Under the pieces are notes generated by a model. It was not told the DNA's origin, ran no database searches, and saw only the letters and a list, made by a program, of their open reading frames with translations. A stretch of 64,000 nucleotides of DNA from a virus: the IMG/VR virus record IMGVR_UViG_3300011113_000664, positions 106,057-170,056 of that record. The stretch is one strand, 5' to 3'. Position numbers and translations under genes: made by a program. How positions within the stretch are numbered: the stretch's first letter is position 1; every line of letters starts with the position of its first letter. Positions 30,050 to 40,484 of the stretch are shown here, in pieces.

Positions 30050-30728
30050 TATGAGGATTAGAAATAAAAAAACCCAAACATATGACCGCTTTAGGTATTT
30101 GCTTGAATATAATATAATAAAAAGCGGTGAGATTAAAGAACAAGAAGAAACACCTTCTGAAGATGAAATTGGTGGTGATGTTTTTGGTGAATTAGGTGAT
30201 GTACTTGATGGTAATAAACCTGAAGAAAATATTGTCGAACCTGAAACGCAACAACCAATTGAAAATAAAACCAATATTGATGTTGATGTAGCTGATAATC
30301 AAGGGTTTGAGGATACAGCAACTGATTTATTAAAAATTCATTCATCAAAAATTGATAACTTAACACAATATATTAATGATTCTGTTAAAATACTTCAGGT
30401 ATTAAATCAAAAAACAGATGAAATCACAAATAATTTTGATGAAATGAATGCTAAAGTTGGTGAACTTAATCAAAGAGTTGAAAAATTAACACCTCCAACA
30501 CCACTTGAATCTTTAAATCAAATGGTTAAAACCACAACAGGAGCGCAATCAATTGAAGATTATTGGAATGAATATTTTGCAAAGCATGGTAGAACTGATT
30601 TAGTAAATGGTTCATTGTATTATGGTGATAAACAATATAGTGAAAACGAAAAGGGTATGACTTCAGGTGTTTATAGAAGTCCTGAAATTAGTGATACTCA
30701 AATTAAAGACATAATCAAAAATACCTAA
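30039..30728 (+). CDS. Hypothetical acidic coiled-coil protein
   Basis: Acidic N-half and central coiled coil; start may be ATG 30051. Confidence 0.55.
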   Translation: MSNNMRIRNKKTQTYDRFRYLLEYNIIKSGEIKEQEETPSEDEIGGDVFGELGDVLDGNKPEENIVEPETQQPIENKTNIDVDVADNQGFEDTATDLLKIHSSKIDNLTQYINDSVKILQVLNQKTDEITNNFDEMNAKVGELNQRVEKLTPPTPLESLNQMVKTTTGAQSIEDYWNEYFAKHGRTDLVNGSLYYGDKQYSENEKGMTSGVYRSPEISDTQIKDIIKNT

Positions 30729-32110
30729 TGATATTCAGGTCTTACTTTAAAAAACAAGCGATTTTAATAAAGAATTCGTTTACAAACAATTCTAGAAATC
30801 CTATTATTGAACTATCATATGGTGGTAGCGAAACTTCATCTACTACTGTGTATAGTCGATATGTTTTTAATGTAGACTTAGATAAATTAAAACATAAAGT
30901 AACAAGCAATACAATAAATCAATCTACAATACAATCTCATATTTTAAAAATAAAAAATTGTATTGCATTAAATGATGGATATATTGGTATTGATTTTATT
31001 TCATCAAAAAGAGCAAGTGGTTTTGATTTAACATTTATTAAACTAGATGAAGCATTTGATGAAGGAACAGGTTATGATTATATTTACAATGATAATCTTT
31101 TTAGAGAGGTTGAATTAAATAAATCGGCAGCCAATTGGTATAATAGAAGAAACCCACAAATTACTTGGTCACAATCAGGTGTATTTACAGGAAATACAAA
31201 TAATTTACCCTTATCAGGTATTTTAACAACACAAAGATTTGAAATTGGTAATGAGGACATTGAAGTAGATGTTACCGATTATGTAAATGGTATTTTATTT
31301 TCAGGTAATCCAAATAATGGTATTTGCATAGCTTATTCAGCAAATACAGAATCATTAACATCAACAACTAAAAATGTTGTTACATTCTTTTCAAAATATA
31401 CACAAACATTTTTTGAACCATTTTTAGAGACAACATATAATGATAGAGTAAATGATGAATTATGTTGTATGAACTTTGATGTTGAAAATGATTTTTTCTT
31501 TATTTCTCAGTCACCAATTACTGAAGTATATCAATTTGAAATCGTTGATTCAAATGATACAGTAATTACAGCAATTACAACAGGATTTACTCAATTAAAT
31601 AACTATAATTATAAAGTAAGTTATACAATTGATTCAGAAGATTATCAAGATAAAGAAATATTTACATATAGATGGTATTATACACAAAATGGAAAATATA
31701 AACTTTTAGAAAAAGAATTTAATATAAGTAAAATAGACCTAAACGATGGTACAACTTTGACTTATGGTAATGAAGTATTTATTAATGTATTGGGTATTAA
31801 ACAAAACGAAAATATCTCCAAAAAAGTTGGTTTAAAAAGATTAATTTTTAAAGCCAAAAGATTAATGGAAACAAAAATATTAAAAAATATTATTGGAGAT
31901 ATTGAATTTAGAATTTATGTAAATCAGGGAAAAAATCAAATTGATGTAATTCCATTTACAAAAGCATCAAAAGTTAATGATGAATATTTTACAGAAATAG
32001 ATTTTTCATGGTTTATTTCTCACGATTATACCATAGAATTGAGAGCCTTAGACAAAAACGGAGTTCAATATCCGAACTCTAACTATGTGAAGTTCAGGGT
32101 AACTAACTAA
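30728..32110 (+). CDS. Putative virion structural protein
   Basis: Beta-rich; 'FDEGTGYDY', 'ANW', 'QRFEIGNEDIEVDVTDYVN', 'FFSKYTQTFFEPFLET'. Confidence 0.55.
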   Translation: MIFRSYFKKQAILIKNSFTNNSRNPIIELSYGGSETSSTTVYSRYVFNVDLDKLKHKVTSNTINQSTIQSHILKIKNCIALNDGYIGIDFISSKRASGFDLTFIKLDEAFDEGTGYDYIYNDNLFREVELNKSAANWYNRRNPQITWSQSGVFTGNTNNLPLSGILTTQRFEIGNEDIEVDVTDYVNGILFSGNPNNGICIAYSANTESLTSTTKNVVTFFSKYTQTFFEPFLETTYNDRVNDELCCMNFDVENDFFFISQSPITEVYQFEIVDSNDTVITAITTGFTQLNNYNYKVSYTIDSEDYQDKEIFTYRWYYTQNGKYKLLEKEFNISKIDLNDGTTLTYGNEVFINVLGIKQNENISKKVGLKRLIFKAKRLMETKILKNIIGDIEFRIYVNQGKNQIDVIPFTKASKVNDEYFTEIDFSWFISHDYTIELRALDKNGVQYPNSNYVKFRVTN

Positions 32111-32208
32111 AATTTTATTTTTTTTCCGCTAAAAACGGACTATTTATAAAAAAACATATATATTTGTTTAAACAATAATTATTTTTAACAATTTAAATTT
32201 TTAACATT

Positions 32209-33093
32209 ATGGGTTTTGAAACGACAGAAAGAAAAAACCGAACCTACATGTCATTGGGTTCAACAAAGTCAAATGACAACAAAATCACAGCGAAATTCTT
32301 CGTTGTAAACAGAAAAAACAATGATGGTCAGTATGAAAGGATTCCGATGGTTGATTCAAACAACTATCCGAAACCTTTTTATGGATATTTGACCAAAGTT
32401 ACACCTATTCTTGATAATGTAATTACAAGAACAGATGGAACAAAAGTACCAAATCCAAAGGTAAACTTTGAATTTACGGATGATAGTGGAGAAATCTTTA
32501 TTTTAGATTTACCTTTTACATCACCCGATAAAAGAGTAAGTACATACATTTTTGGTTTTGTAAATTCACTTGCATGGTTAGCTGCAAACGATAGACTTGG
32601 ATATATTAAACTTTATATCTCACAAACTGTTGATAAGACAGAAACCAAAAGATTTAATCTTGCACTAAGATGTACAAAAACTTGGTACGCAGGTAGTAAG
32701 AATTTCCCTATCTTTAATGAAGATACATCAAAAGTTGATTGGAAATATAATGCAAAAGATATTCCTTCTTTTGAAGTAGTTAAAGAAATTGATGGTGAAA
32801 AAGTAACCATTGATAACAGGAAAAAACAACAAGATTTTTTCTTGAAAGAAATCGAACTTATCAATGAAGCAATTAAAAGTGCTACATATGATATTGGCGA
32901 TAACAAGTCCGCATCTATGAATAAAACATTAACATCTTCTCAAATTTTTGATGAAGATGGTGATGAGGGTGCTGATTTTGAAATGTCACCAAATCCTCCT
33001 GTTGAAGAACAAAAACCAACAGCAAAGGCAACTACTAAGACACCTGTAGTTGCTAGTTTTGATGAGGATGATGATGATGAACTTCCCTTCTAG
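32209..33093 (+). CDS. Single-stranded DNA-binding protein (putative)
   Basis: Acidic C-terminal tail 'DEDDDDELPF'; first gene of the replication/recombination block. Confidence 0.6.
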   Translation: MGFETTERKNRTYMSLGSTKSNDNKITAKFFVVNRKNNDGQYERIPMVDSNNYPKPFYGYLTKVTPILDNVITRTDGTKVPNPKVNFEFTDDSGEIFILDLPFTSPDKRVSTYIFGFVNSLAWLAANDRLGYIKLYISQTVDKTETKRFNLALRCTKTWYAGSKNFPIFNEDTSKVDWKYNAKDIPSFEVVKEIDGEKVTIDNRKKQQDFFLKEIELINEAIKSATYDIGDNKSASMNKTLTSSQIFDEDGDEGADFEMSPNPPVEEQKPTAKATTKTPVVASFDEDDDDELPF

Positions 33094-33105
33094 TTAGGGG
33101 TCTTT

Positions 33106-33166
33106 AGGGTACGGCACAGTATTTACAATTCTCCCCTCTGTATCACTGATGCTGTACCCTTTTTTT
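33106..33166 (+). terminator. Intrinsic terminator-like hairpin with a long loop
   Basis: AGGGTACGGCACAGT (33106-33120) pairs with ACTGATGCTGTACCCT (33145-33160) and is followed by a T-run. Confidence 0.65.
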
Positions 33167-33198
33167 ATAATTAAATTTTTAAAATAATTAAATATTAT

Positions 33199-34263
33199 AT
33201 GGCTAGAACATTATCAGATAACCCCGAAGAAAAAAAACCGATAAAGAAAAAAAGTTTTTCTCTTTCTGATTTTAAAGAAAAATTTAAAATTAGTGATGAA
33301 GAACAGAAACCTTTGCAATGGCTTCCACTTAGCAAAGCATATCAAGAAGTTACAGGTTTGGAAGGTATTCCATTGTGTGAACTTACACTTGTTAGAGGAT
33401 ATTCCGATACAGGTAAGTCTACTGTTGTTTATGAAGCAGCAGTATCAGCACAGCAAAATGGTTTCTTACCTATAATTATTGATACAGAAAATGCCATGAA
33501 AAAAGACCATTTAACAAAAATGGGTTTTGATTTTGATGGTGATTTTATTTATGTTGATTCTGATTATTTAGTTCAGAATTATGGTAAGAAATATGATAAA
33601 AACTTTTCAACACCTTCAATTGAAGATATTGCAGAGTTTATGAATAATATTCTTGATGCACAAGAGAAAGATGAACTTCAAATGGATGTAATCTTTTGTA
33701 TTGATAGTTTTGGTTCTGTTGATTCTCGTAAAACTCTTACTGCTAAAGAGAAAGACAAAGAAGCAAATAATATGTGGAATGCAGGTGCAATGGAACAAGC
33801 ATTCAAAGGTATTTTTCACCACAGAATTCCATCTACAAGGAAAGTAAGTAAGAAATATGTTGCTGCTGCTGTTGCTGTTCAAAAAGTTTGGTTTGATTCA
33901 CAAGCAGGTGGACAAGGTGTACTGCGACATAAAGGAGGTGAAGCTGTTTATTCAATGAGTAGGCTTATTCTTCATATGGGTGGTACTAAAGCAAGAGGTG
34001 TTGAAAAGATTAATATTACTAAGAACAAGAAAACAACTGCACTTGGCATTCTTTCACCAATTAAAGTTGCTAAAAACCATGTTTCAAATATTTCATTTGA
34101 AGGTAAGATTCTTTCAACAAGTTATGGTCTTGTATTAGAATCAGAACTTGAAGAATTTAAAAAGAATCATTTACCTGAATTATTATCAGAGATTGGTGAA
34201 GAAGGAAGTGATGATGTTCAAGTTGTTCGTGTTCAAGATAACACGAAAGATAATGATGAATAA
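33199..34263 (+). CDS. uvsX: RecA/UvsX-like recombinase
   Basis: Walker A 'GYSDTGKS', 'IIDTE', Walker B 'FCIDSFGS', 'KGGEA', 'KNHV'. Confidence 0.85.
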   Translation: MARTLSDNPEEKKPIKKKSFSLSDFKEKFKISDEEQKPLQWLPLSKAYQEVTGLEGIPLCELTLVRGYSDTGKSTVVYEAAVSAQQNGFLPIIIDTENAMKKDHLTKMGFDFDGDFIYVDSDYLVQNYGKKYDKNFSTPSIEDIAEFMNNILDAQEKDELQMDVIFCIDSFGSVDSRKTLTAKEKDKEANNMWNAGAMEQAFKGIFHHRIPSTRKVSKKYVAAAVAVQKVWFDSQAGGQGVLRHKGGEAVYSMSRLILHMGGTKARGVEKINITKNKKTTALGILSPIKVAKNHVSNISFEGKILSTSYGLVLESELEEFKKNHLPELLSEIGEEGSDDVQVVRVQDNTKDNDE

Positions 34264-35342
34264 TGGTTTATAAATTCTCTGTAAATACTTTATTAATTGA
34301 TGGTAATTACTTAATGAAGCGTTCATTTAATGGTGCAAAGCATACATTTAATGGAAGCAGACATATAGGTGGTTTATATCAATTTATAATGCAAACTAGA
34401 AGTCTCATCCGTTCCCAAAACATTAACAAAGTTGTTGTGTTTTGGGATGGAGAGAATTCAGGTAAATTACGATATGATATTTATAGAGAATATAAAGCAA
34501 ATCGTGAAGGAAAAGAATGGTATAAAAAGATTGATTTAACTCCTGCTGAATTAAAAAAACAACAACAGGAAAAAGATTCATATCTGTGGCAGATGGTTAG
34601 GGTTAAAAATTATCTTGAGGAATTATTTATTCGACAAGTTCAAGTTGACCAAATCGAATCAGATGATATGATTTCATATTATTGTCAAAAATATCATGAC
34701 AAGGAAAACATAACTATTTACACCAACGATAGAGATATTTGTCAACTTTTAGAATATGATAATGTTTCTGTTTACTTAGCTAATTTAAAACAGAATGTTA
34801 CTAAAAAAAATTATTACTTACTTTTTAAACATCATTATTCTAATCTTACAGTTATTAAAACTATGTGTGGTGATGATTCTGATAATATTAGTGGGATTGA
34901 TGGTTTGGGTGAAAGTACTCTTATTAAACATTTTCCAAAAATTCAAACTGAAAAAGTTAAAGCAGCAACAATCATTAAAGAAGCAAGACAAATAAATGAG
35001 GAAAGGATTGCAAATAAAAAGAAACCTCTTAAAGTTCTTGAAAATATTAGTGAAGGTGTTTTCAAAACATTTGGTAAAGCCGGATTAGAACATTATAAAT
35101 TAAATTATAAAATAATTAATTTGCTTGAACCCTTTTTAACAAAAGAAGCAATGGCAGAATTATCACTTGTAGCCGAAGAACCTTTAGACCCAAATGGAAG
35201 AGGCGAAGAAAATTTATTAAAGATGTTGACAGAAGATGGATATCTTGAAAATTTTAATTCAGACTTTATAAGATTTCATGAACCTTTTTATCCTGTTATT
35301 ATTAGAGAAAAAGATTTTTACAAAAAAAACACGCATATTTGA
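34263..35342 (+). CDS. 5'-3' exonuclease / flap endonuclease (T4 RNase H-like)
   Basis: 'LLIDGNY', 'VVFWDG', 'YKANR', 'ESDD', 'DRD', H3TH 'GDDSDNISGIDGLGE.T'. Confidence 0.9.
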   Translation: MVYKFSVNTLLIDGNYLMKRSFNGAKHTFNGSRHIGGLYQFIMQTRSLIRSQNINKVVVFWDGENSGKLRYDIYREYKANREGKEWYKKIDLTPAELKKQQQEKDSYLWQMVRVKNYLEELFIRQVQVDQIESDDMISYYCQKYHDKENITIYTNDRDICQLLEYDNVSVYLANLKQNVTKKNYYLLFKHHYSNLTVIKTMCGDDSDNISGIDGLGESTLIKHFPKIQTEKVKAATIIKEARQINEERIANKKKPLKVLENISEGVFKTFGKAGLEHYKLNYKIINLLEPFLTKEAMAELSLVAEEPLDPNGRGEENLLKMLTEDGYLENFNSDFIRFHEPFYPVIIREKDFYKKNTHI

Positions 35343-35357
35343 TTAAATAAAAGTACA

Positions 35358-36134
35358 ATGACTAAGAATTATTTTAAGTTTTCAATCTCTTACAGAGGTA
35401 ATATTATTTCGGAAAGGGTTTTCGATGCAGATTGTTACAATCCAATTGTTAGACAAATGGTAAATATTAAGGATATAGTTCCTGAAATTCGTAAAGTATT
35501 ACAAAAGATACTTTCTTTACCAAATCAAAGACTTACAAAGGAAATGTATGTTGGTGTTAATCATGAAAACGAAGAAACATATGTAAATATTTTTCCTAAA
35601 AGTTTTCCGATGAAAGAAACATACTTTTCTAATAACTTTTATTTGAAAGATAAAAATATTAGTAAAGAAGGTTTAGATAAAGCTTTAAAAAGTATTACAG
35701 ACAAATACATGATTGTAGTATCTTTGAAAGATAATTCAAATGAACTTTTCTATAAAAAGAATATTTCAATTGGTGAGGATGGTATTTTAGATATTCAAGC
35801 AAAATCAAAAATACTTTTTGAAAATATTAAACAAATTGAATTTGTAGAAGAACTCTTGTTTGACTTTTCATTATATCTGAATGAGAATTATATTATTCAA
35901 AGAAAGTTTACTGTATTTAACTTTAATCCAAATACAATCTTTTCAGAAGAATTCATTAAATCTACAAATGAAATCTGTAATGGTATTAAAAATCATATTA
36001 AAAAGTCTGATATTGATATGCAATATCTTGATTTTGAGATAATGAGTAGGCATGAGATGCCGTATAATGACTTAAAATCATTATCACAAGAGGAAAAGAA
36101 AAAACTCTTGAAAATGGAATATTCATACAATTAA
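35358..36134 (+). CDS. Hypothetical protein
   Basis: 258-aa ORF in the replication block, with an internally repeated 'F.FS....N.II.R.F....NP' motif. Confidence 0.6.
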   Translation: MTKNYFKFSISYRGNIISERVFDADCYNPIVRQMVNIKDIVPEIRKVLQKILSLPNQRLTKEMYVGVNHENEETYVNIFPKSFPMKETYFSNNFYLKDKNISKEGLDKALKSITDKYMIVVSLKDNSNELFYKKNISIGEDGILDIQAKSKILFENIKQIEFVEELLFDFSLYLNENYIIQRKFTVFNFNPNTIFSEEFIKSTNEICNGIKNHIKKSDIDMQYLDFEIMSRHEMPYNDLKSLSQEEKKKLLKMEYSYN

Positions 36135-36147
36135 TTTTTAACAATAA

Positions 36148-37602
36148 ATGCGTAATACATTATCATTAGGTTCTGATAAACATCAGAGAAGAATTCTATT
36201 TCATATTTTTCATAGTGACTTTCCAAAGGACACAATCCTAAAGTTGGAATCACAGCATTTTTCAGAAGAAAAACATAAAATAATTTTTTCTCTTATAAAA
36301 CAATATGTTCAAGAGTTTAATACACTACCAGCAGAGAAAAATATTGCTGAAATTCTAAGAGCAAATAATAATCATACAGTAGAACAAAAAGATGCATGGA
36401 TTAATGAACTTGGAGTAATTTATAAAGATTATAAAAATCTTTTAGAAGGAAAAGAAAGAAATGATTTTGAGTTTGTTAAAAAGACAACAAATTCATTTAT
36501 TCAAGTACAAGAATTAAAAAATCTTTCAGAAAGTGATATTAAGAATATTGTTGAAAACAATAGCTTAGAATCACTTGACAAGGTTTTAGAAAAGATTCGT
36601 AAAATCATCAATATTGGTACAGAAGATGAAGACCCTGATGATGTTGAAGACTTTGATGAAACCCTCTTTACACAGCGTTATAGAGACTTTATACCCACAG
36701 GACTATCAGAACTTGATAAAATCATTACAGGTCTTCCAAAGGGCAAATTAGGTATGGTTTTGGCAGGTCAAGGTGTTGGTAAATCCACAATTCTTACTAA
36801 CTTTTCTGTAAATGCTTTTAAACAAGGTAAAAAAGTTTTACATGTAATCTTTGGTGAAAACGAAATTAGAGATGTTAAGCTTTTAGTATCAACTGCACTT
36901 ACAGGAATGAGTTTCAAAGATGCCCAAAAAGAACCTGAAACCGCAACAACTAAAACAAAAGAAGCAATCTCAAAAATTAAATCAAAACATCTTGGTTTAA
37001 TTAAGATTATGCGCTTTCCATCCAATGAAATGACTGTACCAAAGTTGAAGAATTGGATTATCAAGTATCAACAAAAAGTTGGTTATAAATTTGATATGAT
37101 TAATATTGACTATGTTGATGAAATGATATCACATTTATCAAATCAAAATAATCCATATCAAGGTGAGAAAGAAGTTGTTGCAGCTATTCTTGATATGTTT
37201 GTTGAATTTGATATTTGCGGATGGACTGCAACACAGGCAAAGAAAGAATCAAACAATAAGAAAACTCTTGATTTAAATGATTCAGGTGGTTCTGTTGCAA
37301 AAGTAAAGAAAGCACAAGTTGTTTTAACTATTGGTCGTGATAGTGATGATAGGAATAATAATCGTGCAACATTCCACTTGGCTAAATCAAATATTTCACC
37401 ATCAGGTCATTTGTTTGAAGATTCAACATTTGATACCGCACATATGAGATTTGAATTATCACAACCAACGGGTTCAGTTATTGAACAGTTTGATGATGAT
37501 GAAATAATTGATAGTGACTATGAAGAAGTAAAAGACACAAGACAATTACTTGTTGAAAATAAGTCACCAAAATCAGAAATAGACCTGTTAAAATCATTAT
37601 GA
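36148..37602 (+). CDS. Replicative helicase (DnaB / T4 gp41-like)
   Basis: 'IPTGLSELD', Walker A 'AGQGVGKST', 'IDYVD', 'WTATQ'. Confidence 0.85.
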   Translation: MRNTLSLGSDKHQRRILFHIFHSDFPKDTILKLESQHFSEEKHKIIFSLIKQYVQEFNTLPAEKNIAEILRANNNHTVEQKDAWINELGVIYKDYKNLLEGKERNDFEFVKKTTNSFIQVQELKNLSESDIKNIVENNSLESLDKVLEKIRKIINIGTEDEDPDDVEDFDETLFTQRYRDFIPTGLSELDKIITGLPKGKLGMVLAGQGVGKSTILTNFSVNAFKQGKKVLHVIFGENEIRDVKLLVSTALTGMSFKDAQKEPETATTKTKEAISKIKSKHLGLIKIMRFPSNEMTVPKLKNWIIKYQQKVGYKFDMINIDYVDEMISHLSNQNNPYQGEKEVVAAILDMFVEFDICGWTATQAKKESNNKKTLDLNDSGGSVAKVKKAQVVLTIGRDSDDRNNNRATFHLAKSNISPSGHLFEDSTFDTAHMRFELSQPTGSVIEQFDDDEIIDSDYEEVKDTRQLLVENKSPKSEIDLLKSL

Positions 37603-37970
37603 TTAATAACAATCTATACTTCTATAGAGCAAAGACACCCTCAACAGCAGAGGGTGTTCTTGCTTTACAAAAATGGAAGGAAGATTTACTTTTAGATTTA
37701 CCAAATCAACATGTCGCATTGAAATTAGAATCAATGCACAATTTTATTTATAATAACTTCTATAATAGAAGAGAACTTAGAAATTCAAAAAGAATTATAA
37801 ACTTTATTTATGATTTATTTTTTGAAATTTATGGAAGAAATAATTATATAAATGAGATTTATTTAGTTAAATCTTTTGATAGATTTATATCTGACCATAA
37901 ACATGTTTTTTTTGGTCTTGATGAAGAAAAAATTATTCTCTATTTAAACATTTTTATTGAAACTTACTAA
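37599..37970 (+). CDS. Hypothetical protein
   Basis: 123-aa ORF with an ATGA overlap with the helicase gene. Confidence 0.55.
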   Translation: MINNNLYFYRAKTPSTAEGVLALQKWKEDLLLDLPNQHVALKLESMHNFIYNNFYNRRELRNSKRIINFIYDLFFEIYGRNNYINEIYLVKSFDRFISDHKHVFFGLDEEKIILYLNIFIETY

Positions 37971-37988
37971 TTACATGAAAGAATTAGT

Positions 37989-38666
37989 ATGAGAACCATT
38001 CTTCCTAAAAATGCTAAAATAGACCCAATTTTTGATGAAAAATCAAATGTAGAATTAATTGAAGATATTCATAACGAAGTTTATTCAGCACATGATTTAC
38101 TTTTAAAAGAAGCTAATGCTGTGTTGGAAACTCCCATTGATGAATCAAAAGTTGAAGATTATCAGAATTTAATCAAATTGGGTTTTAATAATGAAAAAAA
38201 CATATCTTCCTTTAAGGAGGAAATGAGAAAAATTGAAGAATCAAAGAAAATAAAATCAACAATTGAATACTACTCATTCAAATATCCATTTAATAAATTT
38301 ATTAACGAAGATTCAGTAGTTAGAATTTGTGATAAATATAGTTTACTATTAACAAATGTTGATAGATTTATTGGAGGAATTCCTGAAAAAAATCAAAAAG
38401 AAATTATTAATTTTAAAGTTGATAAAATTGACCTTCCTCATTCATATACCAAAGAATCTGAATATGTAGTAGGTACAACTCTTTTAATCGTTGCAACAAA
38501 AGACCAATTAAATATGAAAAATGCAAGGGTTCAAGGTCATAAATTGGTTGATATTGTAAAAGAAGACCCAATCGTGCTACAACCTGTTAAAAACGGTTAT
38601 TTAATCGTTAGCGCATGGGGGATTGAAGCATCTGATAAAGAAGTACAAAATCCAAAATTTAATTAA
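37989..38666 (+). CDS. Hypothetical phage protein
   Basis: 225 aa ending 'DPIVLQPVKNGYLIVSAWG.EASD'. Confidence 0.6.
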   Translation: MRTILPKNAKIDPIFDEKSNVELIEDIHNEVYSAHDLLLKEANAVLETPIDESKVEDYQNLIKLGFNNEKNISSFKEEMRKIEESKKIKSTIEYYSFKYPFNKFINEDSVVRICDKYSLLLTNVDRFIGGIPEKNQKEIINFKVDKIDLPHSYTKESEYVVGTTLLIVATKDQLNMKNARVQGHKLVDIVKEDPIVLQPVKNGYLIVSAWGIEASDKEVQNPKFN

Positions 38667-38667
38667 A

Positions 38668-38691
38668 ATATTGTCATATATTTGACAATAT
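38668..38691 (+). promoter_or_regulatory. Bacteroidota-type -7 element (TATATTTG) inside a 9-bp inverted repeat
   Basis: ATATTGTCA-tatatt-TGACAATAT overlaps the start codon of the first gene of the glycosylation cluster. Confidence 0.5.
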
Positions 38692-39643
38692 GAAAGTTTT
38701 TTATTATTGCCCCAATCTTAACCATCCTTCAGGTGGTATGGGTGTTTTATTTAAACAAGCTAAAATTCTTGCTGATAATGGTTATGATGTTACACTTCTT
38801 TATGAAGGAGATGCTGAATTTAACCCTACTTGGATGGAGTTTAGTATCTCACACATCCCCAAAGTCAAAATAAATGGTCTAGGAAGCCTCAGAATCGATT
38901 CAAATGACCTCTTGGTAATACCCGAAGGTTTTGGTAATTTGATTGATTCTACGAAGAATATGAAGTGCAAAAGGACAGTTCTTGCACAGAGTTGGATTTA
39001 CATTTACACCTCAATGCCACAGCCAAAATCTTGGAAAGAATCGGGTATTGAGAAAGTAATTAGTGTATCTCAAGGTATTTCAGAATACATACAAAAACAT
39101 ATGCCTGGGATTGAGATTCATCAATATAAACAATCTATAAGTCCAATATTTAAATCAAATTTGGATAAAGCATTTAGAGTTTGTTTTTCATCCTCAAGGT
39201 CAAATACGCAACAGATGAATACACACAATCTTATTAGTATTGTTAAATCATCAGATAAAAGATTAAGAAATACACAATTTATTGAATTAAAAGGTATGTC
39301 AAAACAACAATTTGCAAATGAACTTGCTGATTGTGCTTTTTGTCTTTATACAGATGAAATTGCAGGGTTTGGTACTCTTCCGTTAGAAGCAATGGCATGT
39401 AATACCCATGTAGTTGGATTCTCAAACATTGGTAATAAAGAATATGTAAGAGATAATAATGGATTTTGGTGTCAAAATGCGGATTATCATACACTTACTG
39501 ATAAACTTATTGAACAATTAAATACTTTTCTTGATGGTTATGAATATGATGGTTTATGTTTAAATGAAATTAATACTTCATCTGAATATAACGAAGAACA
39601 AGAAAAAAATCGTATTTTAGATATATTTGAAACTTATAAATAA
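38690..39643 (+). CDS. Glycosyltransferase (GT4-like)
   Basis: 'PSGGMGV', 'VIPEGF', 'AGFGTLPLEAMAC'. Paralogue of 60034..61107. Confidence 0.8.
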   Translation: MKVFYYCPNLNHPSGGMGVLFKQAKILADNGYDVTLLYEGDAEFNPTWMEFSISHIPKVKINGLGSLRIDSNDLLVIPEGFGNLIDSTKNMKCKRTVLAQSWIYIYTSMPQPKSWKESGIEKVISVSQGISEYIQKHMPGIEIHQYKQSISPIFKSNLDKAFRVCFSSSRSNTQQMNTHNLISIVKSSDKRLRNTQFIELKGMSKQQFANELADCAFCLYTDEIAGFGTLPLEAMACNTHVVGFSNIGNKEYVRDNNGFWCQNADYHTLTDKLIEQLNTFLDGYEYDGLCLNEINTSSEYNEEQEKNRILDIFETYK

Positions 39644-39644
39644 T

Positions 39645-40484
39645 ATGCTTTTAAACGCAATAGTTTTTTCAAAAGATAGACCAATGCAACTTCATTTGTT
39701 GCTTGAGTCTATTTTAAAAAATTTTAATGTCGAAGATTATAAATTAAATATTCTCTACAAAGCATCTAATGATGAATATAATAGGGGATATAATATGGTT
39801 AGGGATTTATTTCCTCAATTTACATATAAAAAGGAAGAATCTTTCAAAGAAGATTTATTATCTCTTTTTAATGAATCTCAATACACAGTATTTTTTACAG
39901 ATGATGATATTATATACAATCCATTAAGAACAACAAATGAGGATTTATTTAATATTTTTCAATTTAGTAATTGTTTTTGTTTTTCATTAAGATTGGGTTT
40001 AAATACCACTGAATGTTATACAATGCAAAAATTAAATAAATTAGAAAATTATAAAACTCATAGTTTTTACCATGATATTAATCTAATTGAACCAATTATT
40101 TCATGGAAGGTTAAAGATGGTACAAATGATTATGCATATCCAATGTCAGTAGATGGCCATATTTTTAAAACTGAACTTATTAAATATTTATGTGAAGTAT
40201 TGGAATACACTAATCCAAATTTATTTGAAGGTTTTTTATCAAAAGCAGCAAAAAATGATATGATAATTGCATCATACGAACATAGTAAACTTGTTAATTC
40301 GCCAATTAATAGAGTTCAAGAAACATTTCAGAATTTATCAGGACTTAAATATAAATACACATCTGAAGATTTAAATGAAATGTATTTAGATGGTGTAACA
40401 CTTGATTTTAAAAAAATGAATTTTGAAGAAATTAATGGTTGTCATCAAGAAATAAGACCAATCTTTAAAGTAAATGCAAAATAA
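39645..40484 (+). CDS. Putative GT-A glycosyltransferase
   Basis: 'IVFSKDRPMQL..LLES', 'FFTDDDI', 'YPMSVDGHIF'. Start at ATG 39645. Confidence 0.65.
   Translation: MLLNAIVFSKDRPMQLHLLLESILKNFNVEDYKLNILYKASNDEYNRGYNMVRDLFPQFTYKKEESFKEDLLSLFNESQYTVFFTDDDIIYNPLRTTNEDLFNIFQFSNCFCFSLRLGLNTTECYTMQKLNKLENYKTHSFYHDINLIEPIISWKVKDGTNDYAYPMSVDGHIFKTELIKYLCEVLEYTNPNLFEGFLSKAAKNDMIIASYEHSKLVNSPINRVQETFQNLSGLKYKYTSEDLNEMYLDGVTLDFKKMNFEEINGCHQEIRPIFKVNAK

Noticed and set aside
33199-37602. Inteins in the RecA-like and DnaB-like genes, which are common intein hosts
   Set aside because: Both Walker A motifs (GYSDTGKS, GQGVGKS) are uninterrupted and the protein lengths are normal.
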